A DNA stretch of 64,000 bases. Source: Nitrosomonadaceae bacterium (lineage in GTDB: Bacteria > Pseudomonadota > Gammaproteobacteria > Burkholderiales > Nitrosomonadaceae). The notes beneath the pieces are model-generated. The model did not search any database. It was not told where the DNA came from and was given only the letters and a program-made list of their open reading frames with translations. The position numbers and the translations under genes are program-made. Of this stretch, positions 1-9,226 are shown one piece after another (within the stretch, counting starts at the first letter, position 1; the number at the start of each line of letters is the position of its first letter). The stretch covers positions 33-64,032 of the forward strand of contig JAZGCR010000202.1 of the NCBI GenBank assembly GCA_036477105.1. The letters run 5' to 3'.

Positions 1-233
1 TAGTTGAGACTGTCAGCGGTGAAACATTGTTTGACAACACGGGAACAGAGCGGGATGTAACGCACAGGTTTACCATCAATTTTATCAGCGGTGTAAGTTC
101 CGAAGCCTGGGTGTTATTTAATAGTGAGCGATTGGATATTCTCACTGTTGAAGATTTAGAGGAAAGGCATGAATTTTTAATGCTGAGAGCTTCTAATCGC
201 GGCGTTGATACCAACGAGGCCAACCGTGCTTAG
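1..233 (+). CDS. head-tail joining / head-closure protein, 3' portion (5' portion is 63800..64000 across the circular junction)
   Basis: The frame of ORF 27..233 is open back to nt 1. It is in phase with the ATG at 63800 once the 44-nt end duplication is collapsed. The joined product of about 130 aa (..VWALVETVSGETLF..THRFTI..EERHEFLMLRA) fits the head-tail joining family pattern. It sits directly before an HK97 gp10-family gene. Confidence 0.7.
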   Translation, partial: VETVSGETLFDNTGTERDVTHRFTINFISGVSSEAWVLFNSERLDILTVEDLEERHEFLMLRASNRGVDTNEANRA

Positions 234-684
234 TGTCAGATCTGGAAATCAGAATGCCCGGGTGTTTAGGCAAATCAATGAAATCGAAGGACGCACCGAT
301 CGCGGGATTCGTCAAGGCTTTTTTCGGCTTGGTAATGACCTTGTTCGCACTCTTAGAAGGCAAGTGTTGGAGAGAAACAAGCGCGGGCGTACATACATCC
401 GCAAAGATCGAGCAGGGCGTAGAAGGCGACATATAGCGTCAGCTGCGGGTCAAACACCGGCTAACCGTACCGGTAATTACAGAAAGAATGCGGGGTATCA
501 ACTTAGGGGATCACAACAGTTGGAATTTGGTATCCGTGAGGGCGCCGACTACGGCCTTTTTTTAGAGGAGGGCACAAAGAACATGGCGCCTCGACCGGGC
601 CTTGGTAATGCAGTGAAGGCAAACCAACGCAATGCCAGGACAGATTTTGATAATTCTTTAGATCGGGAACTGAATGCACAATGA
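205..684 (+). CDS. HK97 gp10-family tail/neck component
   Basis: 159 aa. The ..SAAGQTPANRTGNYRKN..YGLFLEEGTKNMAPRPGL.. pattern is typical of the HK97 gp10 family. The start may be slightly downstream because it overlaps the previous stop. Confidence 0.75.
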   Translation: MIPTRPTVLSVRSGNQNARVFRQINEIEGRTDRGIRQGFFRLGNDLVRTLRRQVLERNKRGRTYIRKDRAGRRRRHIASAAGQTPANRTGNYRKNAGYQLRGSQQLEFGIREGADYGLFLEEGTKNMAPRPGLGNAVKANQRNARTDFDNSLDRELNAQ

Positions 685-1769
685 AAGCATCAGATGCCAT
701 TATTCAATTACAAGTCGTGTTGCCAACGGTAACCGATGACTTTAGCACGCAAATAGCAATCACAAGTATCACACCCGCAGGAACTACTGCGACGGCGACA
801 ACAGCGGCACCCCATCCCTTTGCCATAGGCAATGTGGTCAATATTACAGGCACCCTGGCACCGGTAGTCATCAGTAGCATCTCACGCAGTGAAACAGTTG
901 CCACAGTCGTTACAGCAACGCCACACGATATCACTGAAGGCTTTCATGACGAAGTAACAATCAGCGGTGCCAATGAGTCTGAATTCAATGGCACATTTCC
1001 ATTGATATCAGCGATTAATCGCAAGACCTTTGCCTTTACCGTGCCCGATTCAGGTGCAACGGTCGGCACCGGGTCCATGCTCCTGGAGGATCCGCCGTCC
1101 GCTTTTGGATACAACGGTCTTATAGCTATTACGGCTGTTCCTGCTTCCAATCAATTTGAATACGAGCTTCCTTTAGCCCTTACGGAGCCCGCTGTGGGCT
1201 CTGGCGTTGTACATTCAGATATTAGGGTAACCGGTGCAGTCAGCATTGAGAGAGCCGTCGACATGTACACAGAGCAACCTGACCAGGACTCTATGTGGGC
1301 TTTTGTGGTATTGGGCGACACGATTGCCTCAAAAGATCGAAACACTAAAAATGATGCTACTACCTCTGCAGCACCAGGCAGTGATCGGCGACAGCAGATT
1401 TACCAGACATTCTCGGTCTATGTTTTTAAACCGTCGACAGAGGACTTGTCAGGGCGTGAGGCGCGGGACGATATGGAAGATGTCATGTTGTCATTATTTA
1501 AATCGCTTCTTTACTGGGTACCGCTGCCTACTCTATCCAGTCAGAGTGGTTTGGGTGTGATTTTTGTTAGCCATGGTTTCGAACAATACAACACGGCTTT
1601 TTACATCCATGAATTCCAGTTTCAGCTAGTTACTGAAATCACAAGAAATGATACAATAGATCCAGACTTTAATGTTGCGTTTAGAGATATCAGCCTGACG
1701 ATGCAAACATCTTTAGGCACTGAACAACTAACCGCAGACATCGATTTGGACGATGTACCTTTACCCTAG
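681..1769 (+). CDS. virion structural protein, probably tail completion/terminator with N-terminal repeated small beta modules
   Basis: 362 aa, start overlaps the upstream stop (ATGA), positioned between gp10-like and sheath genes. The N-terminal half holds 2-3 copies of a module such as TVATVVTATPHDITEGFHDEVTISGANESEFNGTFPLISAINRKTFAFTVP. The function is inferred from position only. Confidence 0.5.
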   Translation: MKASDAIIQLQVVLPTVTDDFSTQIAITSITPAGTTATATTAAPHPFAIGNVVNITGTLAPVVISSISRSETVATVVTATPHDITEGFHDEVTISGANESEFNGTFPLISAINRKTFAFTVPDSGATVGTGSMLLEDPPSAFGYNGLIAITAVPASNQFEYELPLALTEPAVGSGVVHSDIRVTGAVSIERAVDMYTEQPDQDSMWAFVVLGDTIASKDRNTKNDATTSAAPGSDRRQQIYQTFSVYVFKPSTEDLSGREARDDMEDVMLSLFKSLLYWVPLPTLSSQSGLGVIFVSHGFEQYNTAFYIHEFQFQLVTEITRNDTIDPDFNVAFRDISLTMQTSLGTEQLTADIDLDDVPLP

Positions 1770-1777
1770 GTGAAACT

Positions 1778-1966
1778 ATGATCGAACGTATAGAAATTAA
1801 AGTGAACATGGATTTTGCCCCGTATCACAAGGGACAGATACTCAAGGTTCGATCAGTGAATGGCGTTCCTGTGGAGCAATATTGGCGCGATAGAATTAGA
1901 GATTGTGAAATTGACAATTGTATTACAGTGAAAATGCCTGTGGAGAAAAAAACCACCGAAGCATAA
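1778..1966 (+). CDS. hypothetical small protein
   Basis: 62-aa ORF tightly packed between structural genes; no recognisable motif. Confidence 0.5.
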   Translation: MIERIEIKVNMDFAPYHKGQILKVRSVNGVPVEQYWRDRIRDCEIDNCITVKMPVEKKTTEA

Positions 1967-1987
1967 ATTGGAAAAGAGGGTTAAAAA

Positions 1988-3541
1988 ATGACACAAGTAT
2001 CACAACCGTCGACTACGGTAAATATTACAAGCGCAGTCACTCAAGTGGCAAATGAAGCCCAAAAATTGTTGTTCATTGGTCAAAAAAATGCAATTGGTAC
2101 TGCTACTCCCGGAGCACTTATTCCTGGAATTCAGAATGATAATTCCTGGAATACTCTCTTTGGAATTGATTCTATGCTGGCCGCTATGATCAGAAGCGCA
2201 CGTCTTTTGAATGATGTGTCTGAGTTTGATGCTATAGCATTGGCTGATAATGGTTCAGGCGTCGCAGCGACAGGGACAATGACAGTTACAGGTGCTGCGA
2301 CTGCAGATGGTACTTTTACTGTGACAGTCGGGAGCCAGCAAAACAGCACAAATACGGTCACTGTCACATCGGGAGACAGTGTCACTGTCGTTGCTTCGGC
2401 TATTGCTGCTGCTATTACTGCCACACAACCAAGGCCTGTGAGTGCTGGAAGTACGGCTGGTGTTGTCACAATTACAGCCATTAATGATGGAACCTATGGC
2501 AATAGTTTGGGTCTGGAGATAGTCGGGGCTGTGGCAGGAATATCCATTGCTATTGTTGCTATGGCTTCTGGCGCGAATGATCCGGTTTTAACCGCAGTAT
2601 TCGACGTTGTAGGCGATACACGATACCAGGGCGTTGTTTGGCCTTATCCTGACGACACCAGCGTAGTTAGGACATTCTTAGATGCACGATTTAATGTCGA
2701 TGATGATGTATTGGATGGTGTGGCCTTTACGTCTAAGACTGATACGTTGGCAAATCTGCAATCGACTTACAGTGCGCTCAATAGTCAATCCTTGTTGGTT
2801 ATTGGTGATGAGGTGACCAATGAGACGCTCTTGAAAAACGCGCCTTCGGTGTTTGAAATTCCAGCCGTTAAAGCTTCTGAGTTCGCGGCCATTCGAGCAT
2901 TACGGTTAACCGCAGGAGCAAGCGTTGCCCAATTTCTGGCTGGTGAAGCTGGTCTCGATAGTTTTGGTGGCCCTGCATTAGCATCACGGCCTTATTTCAA
3001 TACACCTTTTCCCAATATTCCGATCTCAGTCCAGGGAAGAGGATTTACTAAGGTAGAAGTGGAATCCCTATTTGATGATGGTGTGTCTGTCATGGGTAAC
3101 AACCGCGCAGCCAATAGCATCATCATGGGGGAGGCTGTGACGACTTATAAAACGGATACAGCCGGCAATCCTGATCAGGCCTTTAAGTTTTTGAACTTTG
3201 TGGATACTGCTTCCGGTGCGCGTGAATTTTTTGTTAACAATCTGAATTCCCGTTTTGCACAGTCCAGGTTAACAGAAGGAGATCTGGTACCAGGCCGACC
3301 TATGGCCAATGCACAGCTGATTCTATCTACTCTCACCGAGTTTTACACGACGCTTTCAGGATCGGAGTTTTCTTTAACTCAAAGCGGAGAGACTGCGCGG
3401 AGTACCTTTATTTCAAATACGACTGTGACGATTGATCTAGCGACGGGTTTAGCGACAATATTGATGAACAACGTGCCCCTGGTTAGTCAGCTTCGTACCT
3501 TTAACGCAACAATGCGAATCACATTTTCAGCAAACGGATAA
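1988..3541 (+). CDS. contractile tail sheath protein (Mu gpL-like)
   Basis: 517 aa, GAGGG-type RBS upstream, N-terminal ..KLLFIGQKNAIGTAT..LFGIDSMLAAM.. pattern, followed by tube, chaperone and tape measure genes. Confidence 0.8.
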   Translation: MTQVSQPSTTVNITSAVTQVANEAQKLLFIGQKNAIGTATPGALIPGIQNDNSWNTLFGIDSMLAAMIRSARLLNDVSEFDAIALADNGSGVAATGTMTVTGAATADGTFTVTVGSQQNSTNTVTVTSGDSVTVVASAIAAAITATQPRPVSAGSTAGVVTITAINDGTYGNSLGLEIVGAVAGISIAIVAMASGANDPVLTAVFDVVGDTRYQGVVWPYPDDTSVVRTFLDARFNVDDDVLDGVAFTSKTDTLANLQSTYSALNSQSLLVIGDEVTNETLLKNAPSVFEIPAVKASEFAAIRALRLTAGASVAQFLAGEAGLDSFGGPALASRPYFNTPFPNIPISVQGRGFTKVEVESLFDDGVSVMGNNRAANSIIMGEAVTTYKTDTAGNPDQAFKFLNFVDTASGAREFFVNNLNSRFAQSRLTEGDLVPGRPMANAQLILSTLTEFYTTLSGSEFSLTQSGETARSTFISNTTVTIDLATGLATILMNNVPLVSQLRTFNATMRITFSANG

Positions 3542-3556
3542 TATGAGGAGATAATC

Positions 3557-3961
3557 ATGGGCGTTGTTTTTGCAAACCCACAAGTGGTAGTGAACAATAT
3601 TGCTTTGGCGATAAAGCCAAACAGTTTGAGCTTCACTGAAGGTTTTGGTGAGCAGATTGTTCGCGCTGCGTCTGCCGGTGGTGCTCAGGTTGAACAAATC
3701 CTGGCCGACAACATCGAGGACAACTTTTCCGAAGTGAAGTTTGCTTTGGACCCAACTGAGTCCAATATTGCCAATGCCAGAATTTGGAAAGCACAGCCTG
3801 GTCAGAATGTTGTCTCAGTGACTGCGACTGCTACCGAAGGAACGGTGACGACCACATTTAGCCGTACTTTTCAAAAAGCGACCATCACTAATAACTATGA
3901 TGTGCCGTTGGGCGCCGATACACAGATTGACCTGGAGTGGAAATCCAGTCCAGCACAGTAA
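3557..3961 (+). CDS. tail tube protein
   Basis: 134 aa directly after the sheath gene, RBS GAGGAG upstream. The call rests on size and position. Confidence 0.7.
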   Translation: MGVVFANPQVVVNNIALAIKPNSLSFTEGFGEQIVRAASAGGAQVEQILADNIEDNFSEVKFALDPTESNIANARIWKAQPGQNVVSVTATATEGTVTTTFSRTFQKATITNNYDVPLGADTQIDLEWKSSPAQ

Positions 3962-3995
3962 TCATTAACATGAATTAATTGCTGAGAGGTCCGCA

Positions 3996-4481
3996 ATGAA
4001 AACAGAGTTTCAGTTTGAACTGACCAAACCGATTAAATACGATGCCGGTGGGGAAAAAGTGGAGGGTGCATTTATAACCCTGGCACACCCATCCTATAAG
4101 CAAATGGATAAATGCGTGCCACTCAAGCAGGCATTCTATCGAGCAGCTGCTGATATAGATGCTGATACTGAAGCTGTAGCCGCTGCTGTAGCCACTGCTG
4201 CCGCTGCCGCTGCTGCAACTGGTGCAACACCAGAGGACACAGATATAACCCCAGAAGGGTTAATCTCGCTTTTTTATCAATCAGATGAGGACATGGTGAA
4301 AATAATCCTTTATGGCGTTGAATTGTTCAAATCGCCTGGCATAGCCCTGATCGATGGTTCTACCAGCATGACGCACCCAATGATTGAACAGCTGTCCCAG
4401 GACGATCTCGAGAACATGCTCGGGCAGTACATGGTAAATTTTATTCTAGCATCTGCCTTGAGCAAAGCCGGGAGCAAATAA
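3996..4481 (+). CDS. tail assembly chaperone (G-like)
   Basis: 161 aa acidic protein with an Ala-rich tract, located between tube and tape measure. It is followed by a -1 frame extension, as in the conserved G/GT arrangement. Confidence 0.7.
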   Translation: MKTEFQFELTKPIKYDAGGEKVEGAFITLAHPSYKQMDKCVPLKQAFYRAAADIDADTEAVAAAVATAAAAAAATGATPEDTDITPEGLISLFYQSDEDMVKIILYGVELFKSPGIALIDGSTSMTHPMIEQLSQDDLENMLGQYMVNFILASALSKAGSK

Positions 4482-4639
4482 GGCTCGAGATCGGCAAGGT
4501 TGCGCGGTTTTATAATGGGGGATGCTCAATGGAGTATTTAAGAAATATCCCTTTATGTGAATTGTTTGAGCTCATAGATGATTGCAATACCATCGGTGCT
4601 CTAGAAAAAGCGGCAATGGAGAGAGCCGCGGCTAAATAG
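4436..4639 (+). CDS. -1 frameshift extension of the tail assembly chaperone (GT-like product)
   Basis: A slippery heptamer A_AAT_TTT lies at 4436..4442 in the zero frame. The -1 frame is open from there to TAG 4637..4639, 11 nt before the tape measure start. Confidence 0.55.
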   Translation, partial: KFYSSICLEQSREQIRLEIGKVARFYNGGCSMEYLRNIPLCELFELIDDCNTIGALEKAAMERAAAK

Positions 4640-4650
4640 GAAGCAGGTCA

Positions 4651-6300
4651 ATGGCGTTTAATGTCAGCTATATATTTCAGGCCAGGGATCAGTTTTCTGC
4701 TGTTGCTCGAAAAGTAAGGAAGCAGACAAAGGGACTTCGTCAGCAGTTTAAGGGACTACGCGCTCAACTCACACGAACCAATACGGCATTCAAAAAGACA
4801 TCCAGGACCATGAGTTCCGGATTCAGGCGAATGGCCCTCGCTGCCATTGGTTTTTTTGGTGCTCGTCAATTCATCCGCGAAGGATCAGAATTTCAATCAT
4901 CCATGGCTGATTTATCGGCCATTACGGGTGCGGTTGGAAAAGACTTTGATCTTCTGAAAGCAAAAACCCTTTCTCTGGCTAAAGTCAGTAAAACCGCACA
5001 GTCAGAAGTTGCCCTGGGTATCAAGTTAGTGGCATCGGCAAAACCTGAATTGCTGGAAAATCTACCCCTATTAATCAAAACGACAGAGCAGATGCTTTTG
5101 TTAAAAAATGCATCGGGGATTGAACTCGCTACGGCTGTAGAGGTGGGCGCTCAGAGTCTGAACATTTTTGGTAAAGGTGCTGAATTTGCGTCTAAATTCG
5201 TCAACATATTGGCCGCCGGTTCGAAGTTTGGATCCTCAGAGATCGCTGATACAGGTCAAGCGGTTCTCATTTCAGGCAATGCGGCTGTCGCCGCGGGGTT
5301 AAGTTTTCTGCAATTAAACGCCGCGATCCAAGCGACGGCTTTGGGAGGAATTAAGGGTTCTCGGGCAGGTACGGCTTTACAGGCGATCTTTGGCAGATTA
5401 CGTCGCCAAGGCCTCGATATTCAAAAACTTGGGCTTGAAAAAACTTTTAATATTATTGGAAAAGCTCTGGACGCTGAAAAGGATTCTACTAAGCGTGCTC
5501 TATTGGAGGCAAAATTATTCGGTGAAGAACACGCTAAAGTCGGTCTTGCACTGGTGAACAATGCTTCCATGTTGGGTAAGTTTGAAAAGAGTTTAGCCGG
5601 TACCAATGTCGCTCAAGAGCAGGCCAATGTTAGACTTGATACCTTTAGTGCCAAGGCCCGGGGCTTGGGTATTGTCATCAGAGATAAATTGATTCGTGTA
5701 TTCCTGAAACTATCTCCTACCTTTGAGAAAATCACTAAAGACGCTACGGACTTCATCGATTCCATTACGCCCAGGCAGATTGAGATATTTTCGAATGGTT
5801 TGAGAAACTTCACATTAGCGGCTGTGGAAGTGGTCAAACAATTGTCCACTCAGTTGATACCCACGATCAGAGAATTTTTCGCCAGTATGGACAGTGCATC
5901 TGTCTCGGATGTGGTAAATAATCTCACTAGCATAGCAGCCGCTGTGAATTTGATATTAGCACCGATAAAACTACTTGCAGCATTGTTCAAAGGTGTGGGC
6001 ACAGCTATTGGAGAAGGTGCTGCTCAATTGGCCACATTCAATTTTGATGCGAAAAATGCCACCTCGTTTTTAGATGCTTTTACTATTGGAGGTAGCTTTT
6101 TAGGACTTGTTGGTAGGGAGAAGACTGTTCTTCCGCAAACACCGTCAGCACCCAGTGTGTCGCCGCTGGCGGCTAATTCGCAGGCAGAAGTGAATGTCAA
6201 TATTAAGGCGCCGGACGGTGTAGTGGAGTCTGTAAAAACCACCCAGAAAGGTGATACGAGTGCCCTGAATCTTGGTGTCAATATGATGAGTGCTGCCTAA
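4651..6300 (+). CDS. tail tape measure protein
   Basis: 549 aa, helical and Ala/Leu-rich, with a core resembling TP901-type tape measure regions (..AGSKFGSSEIADTGQA..GSRAGTALQAIFGRL..). It sits after the chaperone pair. Confidence 0.85.
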   Translation: MAFNVSYIFQARDQFSAVARKVRKQTKGLRQQFKGLRAQLTRTNTAFKKTSRTMSSGFRRMALAAIGFFGARQFIREGSEFQSSMADLSAITGAVGKDFDLLKAKTLSLAKVSKTAQSEVALGIKLVASAKPELLENLPLLIKTTEQMLLLKNASGIELATAVEVGAQSLNIFGKGAEFASKFVNILAAGSKFGSSEIADTGQAVLISGNAAVAAGLSFLQLNAAIQATALGGIKGSRAGTALQAIFGRLRRQGLDIQKLGLEKTFNIIGKALDAEKDSTKRALLEAKLFGEEHAKVGLALVNNASMLGKFEKSLAGTNVAQEQANVRLDTFSAKARGLGIVIRDKLIRVFLKLSPTFEKITKDATDFIDSITPRQIEIFSNGLRNFTLAAVEVVKQLSTQLIPTIREFFASMDSASVSDVVNNLTSIAAAVNLILAPIKLLAALFKGVGTAIGEGAAQLATFNFDAKNATSFLDAFTIGGSFLGLVGREKTVLPQTPSAPSVSPLAANSQAEVNVNIKAPDGVVESVKTTQKGDTSALNLGVNMMSAA

Positions 6301-7262
6301 TGGCATTATTAGATGAGCTATTCCCAGCATCTTATAAAGGTGCGCCATTCCTGGTAAATCAGGTTAGTACCAGCGGTGGCCGAAAAACTGTGCTGCATGA
6401 ATTTCCTAATTCAAATATTCAGGTGATAGAAGATCTTGGTTTGTCTCCTCGAGAATATCGGATCAGTGCAATCATAGCTGAGCCTGGTTACATTCAAAAA
6501 CGAAATACACTATTAAGGGCTCTTGAAGGAGAGGGTAAAGGCATACTGATCCATCCATTTTATGGACGGATAGAAAATATTGTAGCGCGTACTTTCACAT
6601 TGAACGAAGATGTATCGCGTCTTGGTGACACCGTTGTCGAGATAGTATTTGGCCCCTCAGAAACAGATGGATTGCCCACTCAATCTGTTAATACTGTGAG
6701 TCGGGTATCATCACTCTCAAATACAGTAAGCGGGAATATTGTCTCTGATATCACTGATCTATTCACTGTGACAAAAGCATTCCAGGGGAATTTTTCAGCT
6801 GCAGCCACTAAACTCAATGATATTGCAGACGCATTCAATGTCAACGCGCAGTTACCCACAGTAAGTTCCAATCAGATCAACACATTTAATAGTCTGGTCG
6901 ACAATTTTAAATCATCAATTAACACCCTCATTGGGAATCCATCTGAACTGGCAGATGACATACAGGAAATATTTATAGAATTCCCAAAACTTTACACTAC
7001 GGCCACTCAACAAACGGATTCATTGGCACTATTTTTTGATTTTGGAGACAGTGATATTGTCATTAATCCAACTACAGCGGGACTCGTGGAGAGAAAGCAG
7101 AACAATGATGTATTAAATAATGCGATGAAAGGATTCGCACTTGCAGAAGCCTATGTTTCTTCAGCGCAGATTGACTTCAGCACAGTTAATGAAGTGGAAA
7201 ACACCGCCGATACACTTGAGTTGGCTTTTCAATCCATTAAATTAGCATCGGGGTTAGGATGA
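6300..7262 (+). CDS. DNA circulation protein-like tail protein (Mu gp43/N analogue)
   Basis: The N-terminus LLDELFPASYKGAPFLV..SGGRKTVLHEFPNS..IEDLG matches the Mu N-type DNA circulation N-terminal pattern. The start overlaps the tape measure stop. Confidence 0.75.
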   Translation: MALLDELFPASYKGAPFLVNQVSTSGGRKTVLHEFPNSNIQVIEDLGLSPREYRISAIIAEPGYIQKRNTLLRALEGEGKGILIHPFYGRIENIVARTFTLNEDVSRLGDTVVEIVFGPSETDGLPTQSVNTVSRVSSLSNTVSGNIVSDITDLFTVTKAFQGNFSAAATKLNDIADAFNVNAQLPTVSSNQINTFNSLVDNFKSSINTLIGNPSELADDIQEIFIEFPKLYTTATQQTDSLALFFDFGDSDIVINPTTAGLVERKQNNDVLNNAMKGFALAEAYVSSAQIDFSTVNEVENTADTLELAFQSIKLASGLG

Positions 7263-7504
7263 CAGCACTAACTAGCACGACAATAAACTCATTGGAAGAT
7301 TTGAGAGCAGTCACACAAGCTTTTTTCGACGACCAGAAAGTGACTGCAAAACAGATTATCAATGTACAGACACAGGAGTTACCGGCCAGGATTATAGCCT
7401 TTACTTATTATGGGAACTCGGAGCTCGGTTCCAATATTGCACAATTGAATGATGAAATTAACGTTTCCAATCTCGTAGGAAACATCGATATATTGACGGC
7501 CTAA
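7259..7504 (+). CDS. small tail protein (gpX/LysM-like?)
   Basis: 81 aa, translationally coupled on both sides. The segment ..IIAFTYYGNSELGSNIAQLNDEINVSNLVGNIDILT is loosely like tail protein X. Confidence 0.45.
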   Translation: MTALTSTTINSLEDLRAVTQAFFDDQKVTAKQIINVQTQELPARIIAFTYYGNSELGSNIAQLNDEINVSNLVGNIDILTA

Positions 7505-7505
7505 T

Positions 7506-8597
7506 ATGGAACTCGAAGTCAACGGCATACAATACGGTAGATTCACACAGGCTTCAGCGCTGATTTCGTTGGATAGTATTGCCCGCGGATTTTCATTCAC
7601 TGCTGTTTCTACCAATGGGTTGCCATTACCATTTAAAGGTGGTGAGCCATGCCGAGTGATCGTCGATGGGACACCCGTTCTAGATGGTTTTATAGACATC
7701 GTTAATGTTGATTATGATGCTCGAGGTCATACGATAACGATTGAAGGTAGGAGCAAAACTGCTGACCTGGTTGATTCATCGCTGGAAGGTAAGGAAATTA
7801 ATCCCCCTATTTCCCTCAAAAAGATTATTGAAGATGTAATAGCTGAAATTGGGATAGATATTTCTGTTATCGATGATACCGGGATAGAAGATTTTAACGA
7901 AGCTGAAGACAAGCTTGGGCCAGCAGTGGGTGAAAACGCATTCCAATTCATAGAGAGATTGGCTAGAAAGCGGCAGGTTTTATTAACGTCCAATAGCGAT
8001 AGTGATGTCGTCATTACTCGATCAGATCCCACTGAAATAGATGTCAATTTACAAAATATAGTTGGAAGCAATTCCAATAATATTATATCTGGGTCCGTAA
8101 ATTATGATCGAACTCAACGTTTTCGGGACTACTCTGTAAAGTCCCAACAGAACACTTCTTCTCTGGTCTTCGGCGGAAATGCGGACCTCAGCGATGTTGT
8201 TGACCAGGGGGGGAGTGCACTTGATGAGGAGGTTAGAACTGGTCGTAAGCTTGTGATGAAAGCTGAAAAAGCCTCGAGTAATGACCAGTCGAAGGAACGC
8301 GCTATTTGGGAGGCGAATATCAGACGCACCCGTAGCCAGGTCTATTCAGCAACGATTAATGAATATCGAACAAAATCCGGTGAGCTCTGGTCCGAAAACA
8401 AATTGGTGACCATCACCGATGAATTTGCAGATATCAACGCAAGAATGTTGATTAATTCTATACAGTTTAAATTTGGAATATCAGAAGGGCGGAAAACTAT
8501 TCTGGGATTTGTCGACAAAGATGCCTATAAAGTTGAAATTAGTGAGCCTCAGCCAGTCGATAATGTGGGTGATAATTTGTTTGGAAATGCCCTATGA
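7506..8597 (+). CDS. baseplate hub protein (Mu gp44/P analogue)
   Basis: 363 aa. The pattern ..VNGIQYGRFTQASALISLDSIARGFSF..VLDGFIDIVNVDYD..IEGRSKTADLVDSS fits Mu gp44-type hub proteins. Gene order also agrees. Confidence 0.75.
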   Translation: MELEVNGIQYGRFTQASALISLDSIARGFSFTAVSTNGLPLPFKGGEPCRVIVDGTPVLDGFIDIVNVDYDARGHTITIEGRSKTADLVDSSLEGKEINPPISLKKIIEDVIAEIGIDISVIDDTGIEDFNEAEDKLGPAVGENAFQFIERLARKRQVLLTSNSDSDVVITRSDPTEIDVNLQNIVGSNSNNIISGSVNYDRTQRFRDYSVKSQQNTSSLVFGGNADLSDVVDQGGSALDEEVRTGRKLVMKAEKASSNDQSKERAIWEANIRRTRSQVYSATINEYRTKSGELWSENKLVTITDEFADINARMLINSIQFKFGISEGRKTILGFVDKDAYKVEISEPQPVDNVGDNLFGNAL

Positions 8598-9211
8598 TCG
8601 CCGAAATCAGCAATATGATTAAACGTGCCATTGTTACCCTGGGTGGTACGGATGACAAGCAAATACCAGTACAGCAAATAAGTTATAATGGCAAAGTGGC
8701 TGATGCGGAGATTATATTTCCTTATGGGGTACACGCCAACCTAAGCGCCGACAACAACACGTTATGTATTGTCTTCGCTGTAGAGGGCCAAGAAGATTAT
8801 CGGGCTGCTATGGGCTATACACCAGGTCTCAGGCCTAAGCCACTGGAAGAGGGGGAGGTTGTATTTTACCACCCGTTAACGCAGAGCAAGATACATTTTC
8901 GAAACAATGGTGATATTGATGTTGATGTTACGGGTGACAACGGTGATCTAAATGTCACAATAAAGAAGGATTTGAATATCAATGTTAGCGGCGATGTAAA
9001 CATTGATGTGACGGGTACTGCAACAGTGGTGGCACCCACAACAAATTGGACAGGAGATATAAATCTGACTGGCGATTTGGATGTGTCAGGATCGACCACT
9101 TTGAGTGCGACTGTTACATCAGCTGGGAAAGACATCAGCAATACACACACCCATAGCGGATCAGCAACAGCGCCAGATGGGCCAGTATCCAATACAGGAG
9201 CCCCGGTGTGA
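8594..9211 (+). CDS. baseplate spike/assembly protein (Mu gp45/V analogue)
   Basis: 205 aa with repeated DVTGD/NVSGD beta-helix-like repeats and a C-terminal ..NTHTHSGSATAPDGPVSNTGAPV typical of gp45/gpV spikes. Confidence 0.75.
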   Translation: MIAEISNMIKRAIVTLGGTDDKQIPVQQISYNGKVADAEIIFPYGVHANLSADNNTLCIVFAVEGQEDYRAAMGYTPGLRPKPLEEGEVVFYHPLTQSKIHFRNNGDIDVDVTGDNGDLNVTIKKDLNINVSGDVNIDVTGTATVVAPTTNWTGDINLTGDLDVSGSTTLSATVTSAGKDISNTHTHSGSATAPDGPVSNTGAPV

Positions 9212-9226
9212 TGGTATTAACGAGAA

